The position numbers were made by a program, and so were the translations under genes. The notes under the pieces are model-generated. The model was not told where the DNA came from. It saw only the letters and a program-made list of their open reading frames with translations, and did not search any database. Below are positions 38,776 through 49,320 of a stretch of 64,000 nt of DNA, piece by piece. Position 1 is the stretch's first letter. The number at the start of each line of letters is the position of its first letter. Source of the stretch: an uncultured bacterium (GTDB lineage: Bacteria > Patescibacteriota > Minisyncoccia > Phycocordibacterales > DATDWN01); contig CAIQCQ010000034.1 of NCBI GenBank assembly GCA_903870365.1, positions 2,665 through 66,664 on the forward strand, given 5' to 3'.

Positions 38776-38895
38776 ACTTTCACAATTTCGCCAAGGTCGC
38801 TTATAAAATATGAAAAGGGACCGGAGACGTAGTTAGCACTACGATGAGGACCATTTTTATATTTTAGAAGATGAGATTGGTGAAATTTGGAAGTT
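38776..38895. repeat. Repeat-C copy 2
   Basis: About 85% identical to 2223-2342; hairpin CGTAGT-tagc-ACTACG covaries with copy 1 (CGTACT-tagc-AGTACG). Confidence 0.8.
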
Positions 38896-39945
38896 CTACA
38901 GTGAGAAATTTTTTATTGAGTAAAGTTCCTCATCATCCTCCGTATTATCCGCCTTTTTGATTTCCTCTTCTGAACGATCATCGAGTATAGTCACGGGATC
39001 AGACTCTTGCTGAACAATGATCTCTTCAGATTTTATGTCCGACCCATTTGTAATTTCTAATTCGTTATTCTTAATTCCCTCTCCATTCAAGCTTCCAACT
39101 TCAAGATTCGAGCTTCGATCGTTCTTGAGTTTACTCAACAGCGATTTGAGGTCTTCCTCCGAGAAAAAGGCAATAGTCACCTTGCCACCTGGTGCTTCAT
39201 GTTTCTTTTCAATAACCACACGAGTGCCGAGGCTCTCCGTCAGTCGGTCCTCGATCTCTCGTGTCTGCATGTCGAGCATGTCGCCCTTAATACGTGCCCG
39301 GTCCAATGCAATACGTCGTGAGATCAGTTCTGCCTCGCGCACGGTCATCTTGCGGAGTATGATTTCCTTGAGCAAGGTCATCTGCTCTTCTGGTCGGTCG
39401 ATCAACATGAGCAGTGGTCGAGTGTGACCTTCACTGATCTTGCCCGCTTTCAAAGCATCAATAATTTCTGCATTCAAATTTAGTACACGAATACTGTTGG
39501 ACACATATTCACGACTCTTGCCGACTTTTTCTGCAATAGTGATGTGTTTAAAACCAAATTCATCGGCCAGACGTTTAAAGGCAATGGCTCGATCCACCAC
39601 GTTGAGATCCTCACGCTGAAGGTTTTCAATGATAGCCAACTCCAGTTTCATCTGGTCAGTCTCATCACCATCTTTGATCAAGACTGGCACGACAGATAGA
39701 CCAGCAAGTTTTGAAGCACGCAGCCGACGTTCACCCGCAATGAGTTCGTACTCTACCACCAGACCATCATCTTTTTGTACTTCTTTACGAGTCACTACCA
39801 GGGCCTGCAAGACACCATATTGACGGATCGAATCCGCCAAGCTCTGGAGCTGAGCTGGGTCAAAATCCCGTCGTGGCTGAAACGGGTTTGGTTTGATCTT
39901 TTCAACCTCTATCCAAAATATTGAATCTTTGTAGAATTGGCTCAC
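38896..39945 (-). CDS. parB: chromosome partitioning protein ParB/Spo0J
   Basis: ParB box (GERRLRASKLAGL), HTH, C-terminal dimerisation plus acidic tail. Confidence 0.85.
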   Translation of the reverse strand: MSQFYKDSIFWIEVEKIKPNPFQPRRDFDPAQLQSLADSIRQYGVLQALVVTRKEVQKDDGLVVEYELIAGERRLRASKLAGLSVVPVLIKDGDETDQMKLELAIIENLQREDLNVVDRAIAFKRLADEFGFKHITIAEKVGKSREYVSNSIRVLNLNAEIIDALKAGKISEGHTRPLLMLIDRPEEQMTLLKEIILRKMTVREAELISRRIALDRARIKGDMLDMQTREIEDRLTESLGTRVVIEKKHEAPGGKVTIAFFSEEDLKSLLSKLKNDRSSNLEVGSLNGEGIKNNELEITNGSDIKSEEIIVQQESDPVTILDDRSEEEIKKADNTEDDEELYSIKNFSL

Positions 39946-40068
39946 GAATGTTACGAATTAGATTGAATAATACAAACATTTTAGCATGGAATAGAAGGAG
40001 TTGTGAATATATAGAAAAACAGGCCCCCTCCGTGTGGAAACGAGCCTGTATTATTTTATACTTCTCAC

Positions 40069-40473
40069 TTATGGGGATGGTGCATTTTGATCCTCCAAAT
40101 TAATCATTGCCATTTTGATTGCCTGGAAAACATACTCCTCAGAAGGAACGGGTTCCATTAATTTCAGTGGACATGTAGACACTGATGACAAACCAAAGTA
40201 TAACTTCTGACCGTCATATATAACACAGGCGCACAAACGTATCATGCTAGTTTTAGTATGAGGAACAGCAACGAGTCCGTTCTCAATACCAAAACTTAAA
40301 TCGCACCCGTTAAAAACAGTTTTGGCACGATTGACCGCACCCCTAAGTATTTCTACCAGAGATTTTGGTCGCTCTGATGCCTGAGACGAAAGTTCGACTG
40401 AAGCAACTTTTACTCCATTAAAAACAAGACGTCTAGAAATAAGGTCATGAACAGCCCTCACATTAATTTTCAC
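40069..40473 (-). CDS. inosine/xanthosine triphosphatase-like (DUF84/YjjX family), possibly N-terminally short
   Basis: ASERPKSLVEILRGAVNRAK...FGIENGLV resembles the YjjX core. Confidence 0.4.
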   Translation of the reverse strand: MKINVRAVHDLISRRLVFNGVKVASVELSSQASERPKSLVEILRGAVNRAKTVFNGCDLSFGIENGLVAVPHTKTSMIRLCACVIYDGQKLYFGLSSVSTCPLKLMEPVPSEEYVFQAIKMAMINLEDQNAPSP

Positions 40474-40624
40474 AATGATCTTCTCCGCAAATAATATTAC
40501 TTAATATATATAAAAAAACAAGTAGAATTTAAAAATTTACTTAGTGATATACACATAACAGTAGAAAATGGTAAGGAAGGACTTTTCCTCAAAAAAACTC
40601 ACACCATCGTGTGAGTTTTTTCTG

Positions 40625-40688
40625 GACACCAGATTGGCGACAAACGCTACTGCGTTCGTAGACCGCTGATTCGTGCAAGTCCCTCATA
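40625..40688 (-). repeat. Repeat-D copy (tRNA-downstream palindromic element)
   Basis: CAGATTGGCGACAAAC...GTTCGTAGACC; family shared with 44551, 55031 and 63446. Confidence 0.75.
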
Positions 40689-40744
40689 CAAAGCTCCGCT
40701 TTATTCTCCGGCACAAAAAAACCGCTCACGCGGATTTTTTCTTG

Positions 40745-40827
40745 TGCCGGAGGAGGGACTTGAACCCTCATCCCTTTCGAGACACGATTTTGAGTCGTGC
40801 GCGTATACCAATTCCGCCACTCCGGCT
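40745..40827 (-). tRNA. tRNA-Leu(CAA)
   Basis: Hand-folded; anticodon loop CTCAAAA; long variable arm; T-loop TTCAAGT. Confidence 0.75.
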
Positions 40828-40848
40828 TTAGTGCTAGAATACGTCAAA

Positions 40849-41760
40849 ATGAAGCAAAAATCAACACAAAAACCCACCATCATCGTCATCCTTGGACCGA
40901 CTGCCACCGGCAAGTCTGATTTGGCCGTGGCTGTGGCAAAACAACTGCAGGGTGAGGTCATTTCCGCCGACTCACGCCAGATCTACACCGGTCTCAATAT
41001 TGGTACTGGCAAGATCACCACACGCGAGATGTGTGGTATTCCCCATCACCTGCTTGACGTGGTCAATCCCAAAAAAGTTTTCTCCGTGGCTGAATGGCAA
41101 ACCTTGGCGAATAAAAAAATAGAGGAAATACTAGCTCGTGGCCATACACCGATTATAACTGGTGGTACTGGTTTCTATATCCAATCAATCGTCGACAGCA
41201 TTGTTTTGCCAGAGGTTGCACCAAACCCCGTATTGCGTAAAAAACTGGAACAAAAAAGTCTCGAAGAACTCGTGAGTATGTTGAAAAAACTTGACCCAAA
41301 ACGTATTAAAACTATTGATACCAAAAATCCTGTTCGCCTCATCCGAGCCATCGAGATTGCCACTGAGCTCGGTGTGGTGCCCAAGATAAAAAACCTAAAA
41401 AGTCCGTACCATTTTATCCAAATCGGACTGACTGCTGACCCAGAGATTCTCAAAACACGCATCCACACTCGCCTCCTCAAACGAATGAAACAAGGTATGG
41501 TGGCCGAAGCCACACGCCTGCACACAGCCGGCCTGTCGTACAAACGCATGCGCCAGCTTGGACTGGAGTATCGATACCTGGCTGACTTCCTTGAAAAGAA
41601 AATTACACGAGCAGAACTCGTAGAAAATATATACTCAGGAAATATTGATTATGCCCGACGCCAAATGACATGGTTCAAGCGAGATAAAAAGATTCAGTGG
41701 GTTGACGTGGGCGAGAAAAAACTTTTTCAAAAAGTTATGTTGCTTCTACAACCAAACTAA
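40849..41760 (+). CDS. miaA: tRNA dimethylallyltransferase
   Basis: P-loop GPTATGKS; start moved to MKQKST because the longer ORF overlaps tRNA-Leu. Confidence 0.85.
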   Translation: MKQKSTQKPTIIVILGPTATGKSDLAVAVAKQLQGEVISADSRQIYTGLNIGTGKITTREMCGIPHHLLDVVNPKKVFSVAEWQTLANKKIEEILARGHTPIITGGTGFYIQSIVDSIVLPEVAPNPVLRKKLEQKSLEELVSMLKKLDPKRIKTIDTKNPVRLIRAIEIATELGVVPKIKNLKSPYHFIQIGLTADPEILKTRIHTRLLKRMKQGMVAEATRLHTAGLSYKRMRQLGLEYRYLADFLEKKITRAELVENIYSGNIDYARRQMTWFKRDKKIQWVDVGEKKLFQKVMLLLQPN

Positions 41761-43235
41761 GCTACAAGAAATTTTTCTGGTATATGTTCAAAATCTCCAT
41801 TACTCATAAAGACGACAACATCTCCTTCACATATCTGTTTAGACAAAACACTTAGTGCTTGATTTGGATTTTCTGCGGTGTACATGACCTTACCCATGGC
41901 TGTAATATTTTTCTGTACAACAGAAATATCTATAAAATTATCTTTACTATCACCTGGACGAAACGGTGGTACCACAATAATAGAAAGATCTGCATGTGCA
42001 AGTGCCTCTGGATACACACTTTCAAACGCTTTTCTTCTGCTGGTTATGGATCGAGGTTCAAAAACACACAGTAATCTTTTTTTTGGATAGTGTTGTCGCA
42101 AGCCCTGTAAGGTAACAGAGACCGCAGTCGGGTGATGTGCAAAATCACGAATCACGATAACATCTTTACCTGTGGTGCCTAATATTTCCTGTCGTTCACG
42201 AACACCTGGATATGTTTTGAGACCTTCTCGTATAGCCACCATATCTAGTCCTTCAAATAATGCCAGTGCAAACACAGCGCTGACATTGGCCACATTGTAT
42301 TCACCAAACAGCGGGATTTCTATATCAATATATTTCTCACCTTGTACATGTACAGAAAAAATTGTTCCCGTATTCGTCACCGAAGTGATTTCATACGACA
42401 AATCATTAGATCGTTGGACACCATACACGTACACGTTGCCTGCACACTTGGAAATATCGACATGGGCACAGACTGATTCATGCACAACAAGATGTCCGCC
42501 TGGTGGTATATCATCAACCAAAAACTGAAATGCCTGCTTGTAATCTTCGAATGTTGGATACAAGTCAACATGATCATGCTCAATCGAGGTGATTATTGCA
42601 GAAGTAGGTAGATATCGTAGAAACTTTGGTGCTTTATCAAAATATGCACAGTCATATTCATCACCTTCAAATATGGCGTGCGTGGTATGGACTCCACCGA
42701 CACTGTAACTTTCTCCAGTATGTTGAAACACACCACCAATCAAATATGCAGGATCACATTGTGCAGTCATAAATACATGCACGAGGAGAGAACTCGAGGT
42801 GGTTTTGCCATGTGTCCCCGCCACCACTAATGAACGCTTGTGAGAAATAAGTAACTCTGCCAATACTTCAGAACCAGACATCATAGGAATATCTTTGTCG
42901 CGTGCATACGTCACTTCCTCATCATGTGCCGGAAGCATATTACCTGGCACAAACAAATCAATATCACGCAAATTCTCTATAGACGGAGTTCGGCAATCAA
43001 TGTGGTGGTCACGAAGCACATCGCTCATGGGTGGATGAAAAGAAAAGTCACTACCGGTCACCATGTATCCCGCATCTACCAGCATACAGGCGATGGACGC
43101 CATTGCCTTACCACACACCGCTGATACATGAATCCGGGCACCTGCGACGAGTGTGCCAATTTTTCTTTGTCGTATATGAGCATCTGGTAGGAGATTACGT
43201 TTAGCAAGATAATACAACTCGTAAGATTTCATCAC
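41757..43235 (-). CDS. Mur ligase family protein (MurC / Mpl-like UDP-N-acetylmuramate ligase)
   Basis: GSDFSFHPPMS; AGTHGKTTSSS; EGDEYDCAYFDKAPKF. Confidence 0.7.
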   Translation of the reverse strand: MMKSYELYYLAKRNLLPDAHIRQRKIGTLVAGARIHVSAVCGKAMASIACMLVDAGYMVTGSDFSFHPPMSDVLRDHHIDCRTPSIENLRDIDLFVPGNMLPAHDEEVTYARDKDIPMMSGSEVLAELLISHKRSLVVAGTHGKTTSSSLLVHVFMTAQCDPAYLIGGVFQHTGESYSVGGVHTTHAIFEGDEYDCAYFDKAPKFLRYLPTSAIITSIEHDHVDLYPTFEDYKQAFQFLVDDIPPGGHLVVHESVCAHVDISKCAGNVYVYGVQRSNDLSYEITSVTNTGTIFSVHVQGEKYIDIEIPLFGEYNVANVSAVFALALFEGLDMVAIREGLKTYPGVRERQEILGTTGKDVIVIRDFAHHPTAVSVTLQGLRQHYPKKRLLCVFEPRSITSRRKAFESVYPEALAHADLSIIVVPPFRPGDSKDNFIDISVVQKNITAMGKVMYTAENPNQALSVLSKQICEGDVVVFMSNGDFEHIPEKFLVA

Positions 43236-43296
43236 CCGAGTATATCAAAAAAGTAAACGTAACAAAAAGGGGCAGGCCGTAGCCCACCCCCTTATT

Positions 43297-44289
43297 TTAC
43301 GAACAAAGTATCTCGCGAATTACTTCCCACGAAAAATCAGAGAACCTTTTTCGAGACACCTCGTTGTCACCACAAAAAACACGGTTAGTCAGAATACACA
43401 CAGTAACTGCCGGATCCCGAGTAAAAAACACCCGACACCCCGTCCAGCCGGCAAACAACAACGGCCTGTCTACCGAAATTCCAGTCAGATTTTTCGCGTA
43501 CGGAATATCGAACCCAAGGGCATATTCATAATCCACGATGCCCAGTTTACCAAGCTGATTACTTGATGCTCTATCGTAGAAAAGAGACCGGCGCATTGCA
43601 CCAATCGTGACGTGAAAAATATCTGCAATCATAGCTGCGTCCGAAAACAAACCGGCAGCAACAATATTGTCATGCGGATGATTTGATGACAAAGGATCGT
43701 GGACCAGTCCACGAAGACCCTCATCAGCCCGTGTTGGCACGATCAAGCCTGGTTGAACCAAACCCCGACGAACTGGGTTAAAAAGAAAATTTTCTTTATT
43801 CAAACCACCAAGTAAATGCGTGTGGAGTATATCCTCGATACCTCCAGAAAAAAAACTTTCGAGAAATAAGCCAACGTATGCACTTGCCAAATTATCGTAA
43901 TGAAACTCCTTCTCCCAGTGCGCAAAACCAGTTTTCATTAGAATTTCTTTGAAGGGCCCAAGGTTGCCGATCCGCAACATATCAAAATCAAAAGCATACG
44001 TCTGTACAACGTACGTCATGAAATGCCACAGTTGCCGACCATTACTGTTCGGTACGGACAAAAAGTCACCCAAGTCATCTTCTGGTGATATCGCCTCCTG
44101 AAAAAATAACTTCCACATCAACAGATAGGTCACCGCCTTGGTCAGACTGGATACATCAAACAGTCGTGCACCTTTCGACAAATGTTGACCACCTGAAAAC
44201 TCGATATCAATGGGACCTCTCACACACACATCAAAGTCTGTGAAGAGACCCTCCGCCACACCTCTTTCAAACAGCCTTTGTATGTTCAT
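43297..44289 (-). CDS. serine hydrolase, beta-lactamase / DD-peptidase fold
   Basis: SxxK motif (SSLTK) near the N-terminus; 330 aa. Confidence 0.6.
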   Translation of the reverse strand: MNIQRLFERGVAEGLFTDFDVCVRGPIDIEFSGGQHLSKGARLFDVSSLTKAVTYLLMWKLFFQEAISPEDDLGDFLSVPNSNGRQLWHFMTYVVQTYAFDFDMLRIGNLGPFKEILMKTGFAHWEKEFHYDNLASAYVGLFLESFFSGGIEDILHTHLLGGLNKENFLFNPVRRGLVQPGLIVPTRADEGLRGLVHDPLSSNHPHDNIVAAGLFSDAAMIADIFHVTIGAMRRSLFYDRASSNQLGKLGIVDYEYALGFDIPYAKNLTGISVDRPLLFAGWTGCRVFFTRDPAVTVCILTNRVFCGDNEVSRKRFSDFSWEVIREILCS

Positions 44290-44550
44290 CTACCAACCTC
44301 CGCAAGCAAGTATACCCACCTCGTAATTTTAAGCAAGAAGGACTTTGTGGGTACAATAGAGTGGATAGTTAAAACCACTAAAATTACTTTATCTTTCTAA
44401 TCAACTCCAAAAATTATTTTATCATGTCTCACAACAACAATGACAGGATAAATTTTTGTATTACCAATTTGTAATAGTCTTTCCATATATTTATATATTT
44501 TTTGGAGAAATCTCCCTCGAAAATTTTGCGCCGTCGCTTAAAATTTTCTG

Positions 44551-44612
44551 GTCACCAGTTTGGCGACAAACTCTGCTGAGTTCGTAGACCACCAAACTGT
44601 TCAATTCCTCGA
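44551..44612 (-). repeat. Repeat-D copy
   Basis: CAGTTTGGCGACAAAC...GTTCGTAGACCACCAAACTG downstream of tRNA-Trp. Confidence 0.75.
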
Positions 44613-44634
44613 CAAAAAAACTTCGGTTTTTCTG

Positions 44635-44705
44635 CGGGCCCACGAGGAATCGAACCCCGGTCGCTCCTTTTGGAGAGGAGTATTCTGCCACTAAACTATA
44701 AGCCC
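44635..44705 (-). tRNA. tRNA-Trp(CCA)
   Basis: Hand-folded; anticodon loop CTCCAAA. Confidence 0.7.
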
Positions 44706-44958
44706 GTAAGTTCTCATACTAACAAAAATTCGCCATTTCGGCGAATTTTTGAATACTTTTTGATTATTTCTTTGCTTCCTTGAAGGTAATCCGCTTTCTC
44801 AGCTTTTTTGAGTACTTCTTGAGCTCGATTTTTCGCTCAACTTTCTTCTTATTCTTGCGCGTCCAATACACCTCTCCGGATGCCTTGTTTTTTATTTGGA
44901 TCAATCTGTCTTGTGACATAGTAGGACCATAATAGCCTAAAATCAGCCAGAGAGCAAG

Positions 44959-45801
44959 CTAGTACTTCCGGCTATTGTTTTCAAACAATTCCATGACCTG
45001 CTTGGTCACTGGACCAACATTGCCTGTACCGATCACCGTGTCCCCCACCTTGACCACCGGTACCACGTCTTTAAAGCTCGAGCTGATAAAACACTCATCG
45101 GCATCATAGAGCTCTTCGAGCGATACGTTACATTCCAGCACTTCTAAGCCCTGTGCTCGAGCGAGATCAATGACCACTTTACGTGTCACTCCATACAAAA
45201 TACTATCTTTTGGTGTCAGAATTTTTCCTCCAGCCACCACAAAAAAGTTACTGGTGGCACATTCCAAAATCTGCCGTCGCCAGGTATACAAAGTTTCGAG
45301 TGCATGAGCTTCCTTCATCTTTTTCTGCAACGGCACCGCACTAATGTAATTGATGGTTTTGTACTCTGGATATTCCCGCAAATGTTCTTTGAGTAGGACA
45401 CTCGCTCCATGTGTATAATATTTTTCGTCAATCGGTTTCCACTCTTCAGTAAAGATATAGAATGTTGGGGTGCTCCGATCGTAATCAATACCACCAATTG
45501 CCTCTCCTCCAGTCAAGATGAACTTGATATTTGTCCGTACAAACCCATTTTTCTCTACCAATTCATACATGATCCGAACAATCTCTTCATCACTGACAGG
45601 AACAGGTATATCCAAAAACTGCGCTGACCTACGAAACCGAGCGAGGTGGTCGTCACACATAAAAACCTTCCCATTTAAAGTGGTCAGGGCTTCGTATATA
45701 CCAAAGCCACGCAACATACCAATATCAAAAATACTCACCTTGGCCTCACTCTCTGGTATGATATCTCCGTTTAAGTAGCAATATCGCATAGTGCTCATGA
45801 T
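44959..45801 (-). CDS. class IV aminotransferase (branched-chain amino acid / D-amino acid aminotransferase)
   Basis: Fold-type IV sequence; start moved to MSTMRY because the longer ORF overlaps tRNA-Tyr. Confidence 0.75.
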   Translation of the reverse strand: MMSTMRYCYLNGDIIPESEAKVSIFDIGMLRGFGIYEALTTLNGKVFMCDDHLARFRRSAQFLDIPVPVSDEEIVRIMYELVEKNGFVRTNIKFILTGGEAIGGIDYDRSTPTFYIFTEEWKPIDEKYYTHGASVLLKEHLREYPEYKTINYISAVPLQKKMKEAHALETLYTWRRQILECATSNFFVVAGGKILTPKDSILYGVTRKVVIDLARAQGLEVLECNVSLEELYDADECFISSSFKDVVPVVKVGDTVIGTGNVGPVTKQVMELFENNSRKY

Positions 45802-45849
45802 AACAGAAGAGTGAGGAACAAAAAACACCTTTGTAAGGTGTTTTTTTTG

Positions 45850-45932
45850 TGCGCCGAGTTGGACTCGAACCAACGATACCCAATGGGTGGGAGATTTACA
45901 GTCTCCTGGAATAGCCGCTATCCGATCGGCGC
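45850..45932 (-). tRNA. tRNA-Tyr(GTA)
   Basis: Hand-folded; anticodon loop CTGTAAA; long variable arm; T-loop TTCGAGT. Confidence 0.75.
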
Positions 45933-45998
45933 ATACTTCTGCATATAGGACTGTATCATATTTTTGATATCTAGTAAAAGCATTCTGTTTGCATTTAT

Positions 45999-46391
45999 TT
46001 GGCACAACATAGGAAAAATATGACCCTCGAAGCTCTTTCTGATTATTTTATCGCTGAAGTAGATCCTTGCCTATCAAATACCTTCATGCTGACGTTTCGG
46101 TATGATGAGGCCACAGTAACCATTCGCCTTAAGTTTGCTGATGAAGAAAGTGGTACCGATATGATCATCACCGGTGTCACGACTCATCCGTTTACGGAGA
46201 GAAAAAGTAATTATGCCAACATAGCGTTGCAACAAGTACTCGACTGGGCTGATGAACAAAACCTATGGAGTATCGAAGCCATACGAGTGAGCAGACGGGA
46301 TGAGTCTTTCTGGAGGAGAAATCATTTCTGGCCAATCGGTAACCCCACCAGAGATTTCAAGTTTACACATACACAAAAGAGGACCGAGTGA
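45999..46391 (+). CDS. hypothetical protein
   Basis: 130-aa ORF. Confidence 0.4.
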   Translation: MAQHRKNMTLEALSDYFIAEVDPCLSNTFMLTFRYDEATVTIRLKFADEESGTDMIITGVTTHPFTERKSNYANIALQQVLDWADEQNLWSIEAIRVSRRDESFWRRNHFWPIGNPTRDFKFTHTQKRTE

Positions 46392-46432
46392 ATATACTCA
46401 GTCCTCTTTTTTTATTAGCAACGTAAAATGTT

Positions 46433-49144
46433 TTAACCTTCCGTCACTTCACTAACCACAAAGTTTTCCGTCACCCCAGACTTGCGTGGATTCTTCACAT
46501 CAAAAGTAAACTCCATTGCACCATCACCTTTTTTATCCCCTGCTTTGACCGAGACACTCACACGACTACCCTTGCCCATCTTCTTACCCACCATGAGTGA
46601 GGCAATAGGCGTCAAGATTTTGTTTTGAATCAAACGTTTGAGTGGTCGTGCGCCATACTGTGGGTTGTATCCGTCTTTTGCCAACTGCTCCAACACACCA
46701 TCACTCAACTCTAGTCGAATTTCTTTTTCTGCTAGTCGGCGGACCACCAACTCAACCTGGATTTTCACAATATCTTTAATTATTTCTTTGCCCAATACAT
46801 CAAAGACAATAATATCATCGAGACGGTTCAAAAATTCTGGACGGAAATGGTCTTTCAGTGCTTCGAGTACTTTATTTTTTGCTTCTGTGTAATTTGTTTT
46901 TTCTGTTTGTTCACCTTCACCATGGGCATTAAAGCCAATTTTTTCCATACGATCAATGTACTGCCCACCAATGTTTGAGGTCAGGATGATTACCGTATTG
47001 CGAAAGTTCACTACTCGTCCCTTGGCATCGGTCAGTTTACCGTTGTCGAGGACTTGTAACAAAATATTAAAGACTTCTGGATGGGCCTTTTCTATCTCAT
47101 CAAAGAGAATAACTGAATATGGTCGATGACGCACGGATTCGGTAAAATTACCTGAATCATCGTGGCCAACATATCCTGGAGGTGCGCCGATCAATTTACT
47201 AACGGAATGTTTTTCCATAAATTCTGACATATCGACACGGATCAGCGCTTTGTCGTCGTCAAACATAAACTCAGCCAATGCTTTGGTTAGCTCGGTCTTG
47301 CCCACACCAGTCGGACCAAGGAAGAGGAACGAACCAATTGGTCGGTTTGGATCAGCAATACCGACACGAGAACGCTTGATAGTGTCCGAAATCTTCTTGA
47401 CTGCTTCTACTTGACCGACAATGCGTTCTCGCAAAACTTCTTCCATGCGGTGGAGCTTGTCTGCTTCTTGCTCAAGCATGCGGGAGACCGGCACACCAGT
47501 CCATTTGGAAACAATACGGGCAATATCATCTGCGGTGACTTCTTCTTTCAAGATGCGTCGTGATGACTGCAATTTCTTCAATCGCTTTACACGCAAATCC
47601 AATTCTTTTTCTGTTGCAGGAATAGTACCGTAGCGGATTTCTGCCGCCTTTGCCAAATCCACTCGCGCTTCTGCCGAGTCGGCGTCAAGGCGCAGTTCCT
47701 CCAACTTTTTTTTGATTATTTTAATCTCTACCACCACCTCTTTTTCGTTTTTCCATTTCAAATCAATCTCACCAGTCTTGTCTTTCAAATCTGCGATGGC
47801 TTTTTGAATCTCCGTCACACGAGCCTTTGATTTTAAATCAGTTTCTTTTTTCAAAGCCTCTCGTTCGATTTCAAGTTTGACCAAGGCTGAATGTGCTTCT
47901 TGCAATACTGGTGGCATATTTTCCAAAGCAATCTTTAAATACGATGATGCTTCGTCAATCAAATCCACTGCTTTATCTGGCAAAAATCTATCAGTAATAT
48001 ATCGTGCAGAGAGGTTGACCGCAGCTACAATTGCTTCGTCGGTAATGTGAACACCGTGATACAACTCGTACTTTTCTTTTAATCCACGGAGGATAGTGAC
48101 TGCATCATCAATCGATGGCTCGTTGACATAGACCGGCTGGAAACGTCGTGACAAAGCTGGATCCTTTTCAATATGTTTCTGATATTCACGTAAAGTCGTC
48201 GCGCCAATAGCTCGCAGTTCTCCGCGGGCAAGGGCTGGCTTCAACATATTTGATGCATCGAGAGATCCTTCGGCCGCACCTGCACCCACCAGGGTATGCA
48301 ATTCGTCGATAAACAAGACAATTTTACCGTCAGATTTTTCAATTTCTTTTAAAATATTTTTCAATCGTTCTTCAAATTCACCACGGTATTTGGTACCAGC
48401 TACGAGGAGGCCAAGATCAAGTGAGACCAACTCTTTATCTTTGAGTGATTCTGGTACATCGCCCATAGACATACGAATAGCCAAGCCCTCAGCAATAGCA
48501 GTCTTGCCCACACCAGCTTCACCAATCAAGATGGGATTATTTTTCGTTCGTCGAGATAATATTTGTACAATACGCGAGATCTCTTCTTCACGACCAATAA
48601 CTGGATCAAGTTTGTTCTGCTGAGCAAGCTTGGTGAGTGATCGAGTGTACTTTGATAATGCTTTAAATTTTTTGGGTGAAGATATTTCTTCGTTTTTCTT
48701 TGTTCTGATTTCTTCTACCACCTGCATGACTTGTGGTTTGGTCAATTTAAATCGAGACAGTAAATCACGAGCGACACCAGGAATTTCTAGTGCAGAGATA
48801 AACAAATGTTCTGTAGAAACAAATTCATCGTTCATTTCTCGAGCGATCTTGGCTGAGTTTTCAATCATCTGGGCCAACTCAGGAGTCAGATAAATCTGAT
48901 ACGACGGTGACAAAGTTTGTCCGGCATCAGTCCCCTCGATAGCTTCAATGAGTGAGTCAGTGAGTAAAATAGTATCTATTTCCAGTCGATCAAGCAGTGA
49001 AGGAACAATTGATTCCTCTTGCAAGACAAGGGCCGTCAACAAATGTAGTGGTGAGACGTGGTTTTGACCACGTTCAATAGCCAGCTCGTGTGCTCGGCGA
49101 ATGGCTTCTTTTGCTTTTGTGGTGAAATTATTAAATGGAGGCAT
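46433..49144 (-). CDS. clpB: ATP-dependent chaperone ClpB
   Basis: 903 aa; two AAA+ modules (GEAGVGKTA; GPTGVGKTE) with a long middle coiled coil. Confidence 0.9.
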   Translation of the reverse strand: MPPFNNFTTKAKEAIRRAHELAIERGQNHVSPLHLLTALVLQEESIVPSLLDRLEIDTILLTDSLIEAIEGTDAGQTLSPSYQIYLTPELAQMIENSAKIAREMNDEFVSTEHLFISALEIPGVARDLLSRFKLTKPQVMQVVEEIRTKKNEEISSPKKFKALSKYTRSLTKLAQQNKLDPVIGREEEISRIVQILSRRTKNNPILIGEAGVGKTAIAEGLAIRMSMGDVPESLKDKELVSLDLGLLVAGTKYRGEFEERLKNILKEIEKSDGKIVLFIDELHTLVGAGAAEGSLDASNMLKPALARGELRAIGATTLREYQKHIEKDPALSRRFQPVYVNEPSIDDAVTILRGLKEKYELYHGVHITDEAIVAAVNLSARYITDRFLPDKAVDLIDEASSYLKIALENMPPVLQEAHSALVKLEIEREALKKETDLKSKARVTEIQKAIADLKDKTGEIDLKWKNEKEVVVEIKIIKKKLEELRLDADSAEARVDLAKAAEIRYGTIPATEKELDLRVKRLKKLQSSRRILKEEVTADDIARIVSKWTGVPVSRMLEQEADKLHRMEEVLRERIVGQVEAVKKISDTIKRSRVGIADPNRPIGSFLFLGPTGVGKTELTKALAEFMFDDDKALIRVDMSEFMEKHSVSKLIGAPPGYVGHDDSGNFTESVRHRPYSVILFDEIEKAHPEVFNILLQVLDNGKLTDAKGRVVNFRNTVIILTSNIGGQYIDRMEKIGFNAHGEGEQTEKTNYTEAKNKVLEALKDHFRPEFLNRLDDIIVFDVLGKEIIKDIVKIQVELVVRRLAEKEIRLELSDGVLEQLAKDGYNPQYGARPLKRLIQNKILTPIASLMVGKKMGKGSRVSVSVKAGDKKGDGAMEFTFDVKNPRKSGVTENFVVSEVTEG

Positions 49145-49286
49145 ATAAATAGAGGTTAGAATCTAGAATTAAGAATTACGAATAATAAAAACTGATAAAA
49201 ACCCTTGATAATAACCAAATTATAGCTAAAAAACCAAAATGTCAAAAAAAAGGATATTATCGATAAATTCTCAAACTTCAAGATTC

Positions 49287-49320
49287 TAGCTTGTAGCTTG
49301 TAGCTTGTAGCTTGTAGCTT
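49287..49320. repeat. tandem heptamer (AGCTTGT) x ~4.7
   Basis: Read directly; immediately 3' of the 49321 ORF. Confidence 0.8.

Noticed and set aside
40589-40771. Small ORFs 40589..40771, 44491..44691, 54809..55003 and 55025..55246 with mutually similar peptides (..VYE.S.VCRQ.G.QK..)
   Set aside because: They overlap tRNA genes and Repeat-D. The peptide similarity is a by-product of the nucleotide repeat, not evidence of coding.
40744-40848. N-terminal extension of miaA (MPEEGLEPSS...) given by the ORF track
   Set aside because: It overlaps tRNA-Leu(CAA) on the opposite strand. The P-loop-proximal Met at 40849 is the more plausible start.
45802-46005. 68-aa N-terminal extension of the class IV aminotransferase
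   Set aside because: It overlaps tRNA-Tyr, and the extension has no similarity to the aminotransferase fold. Start reassigned to MSTMRY.
49287-49320. CRISPR array
   Set aside because: Only a 7-nt tandem repeat with no spacers. No cas genes or repeat-spacer structure anywhere in the window.
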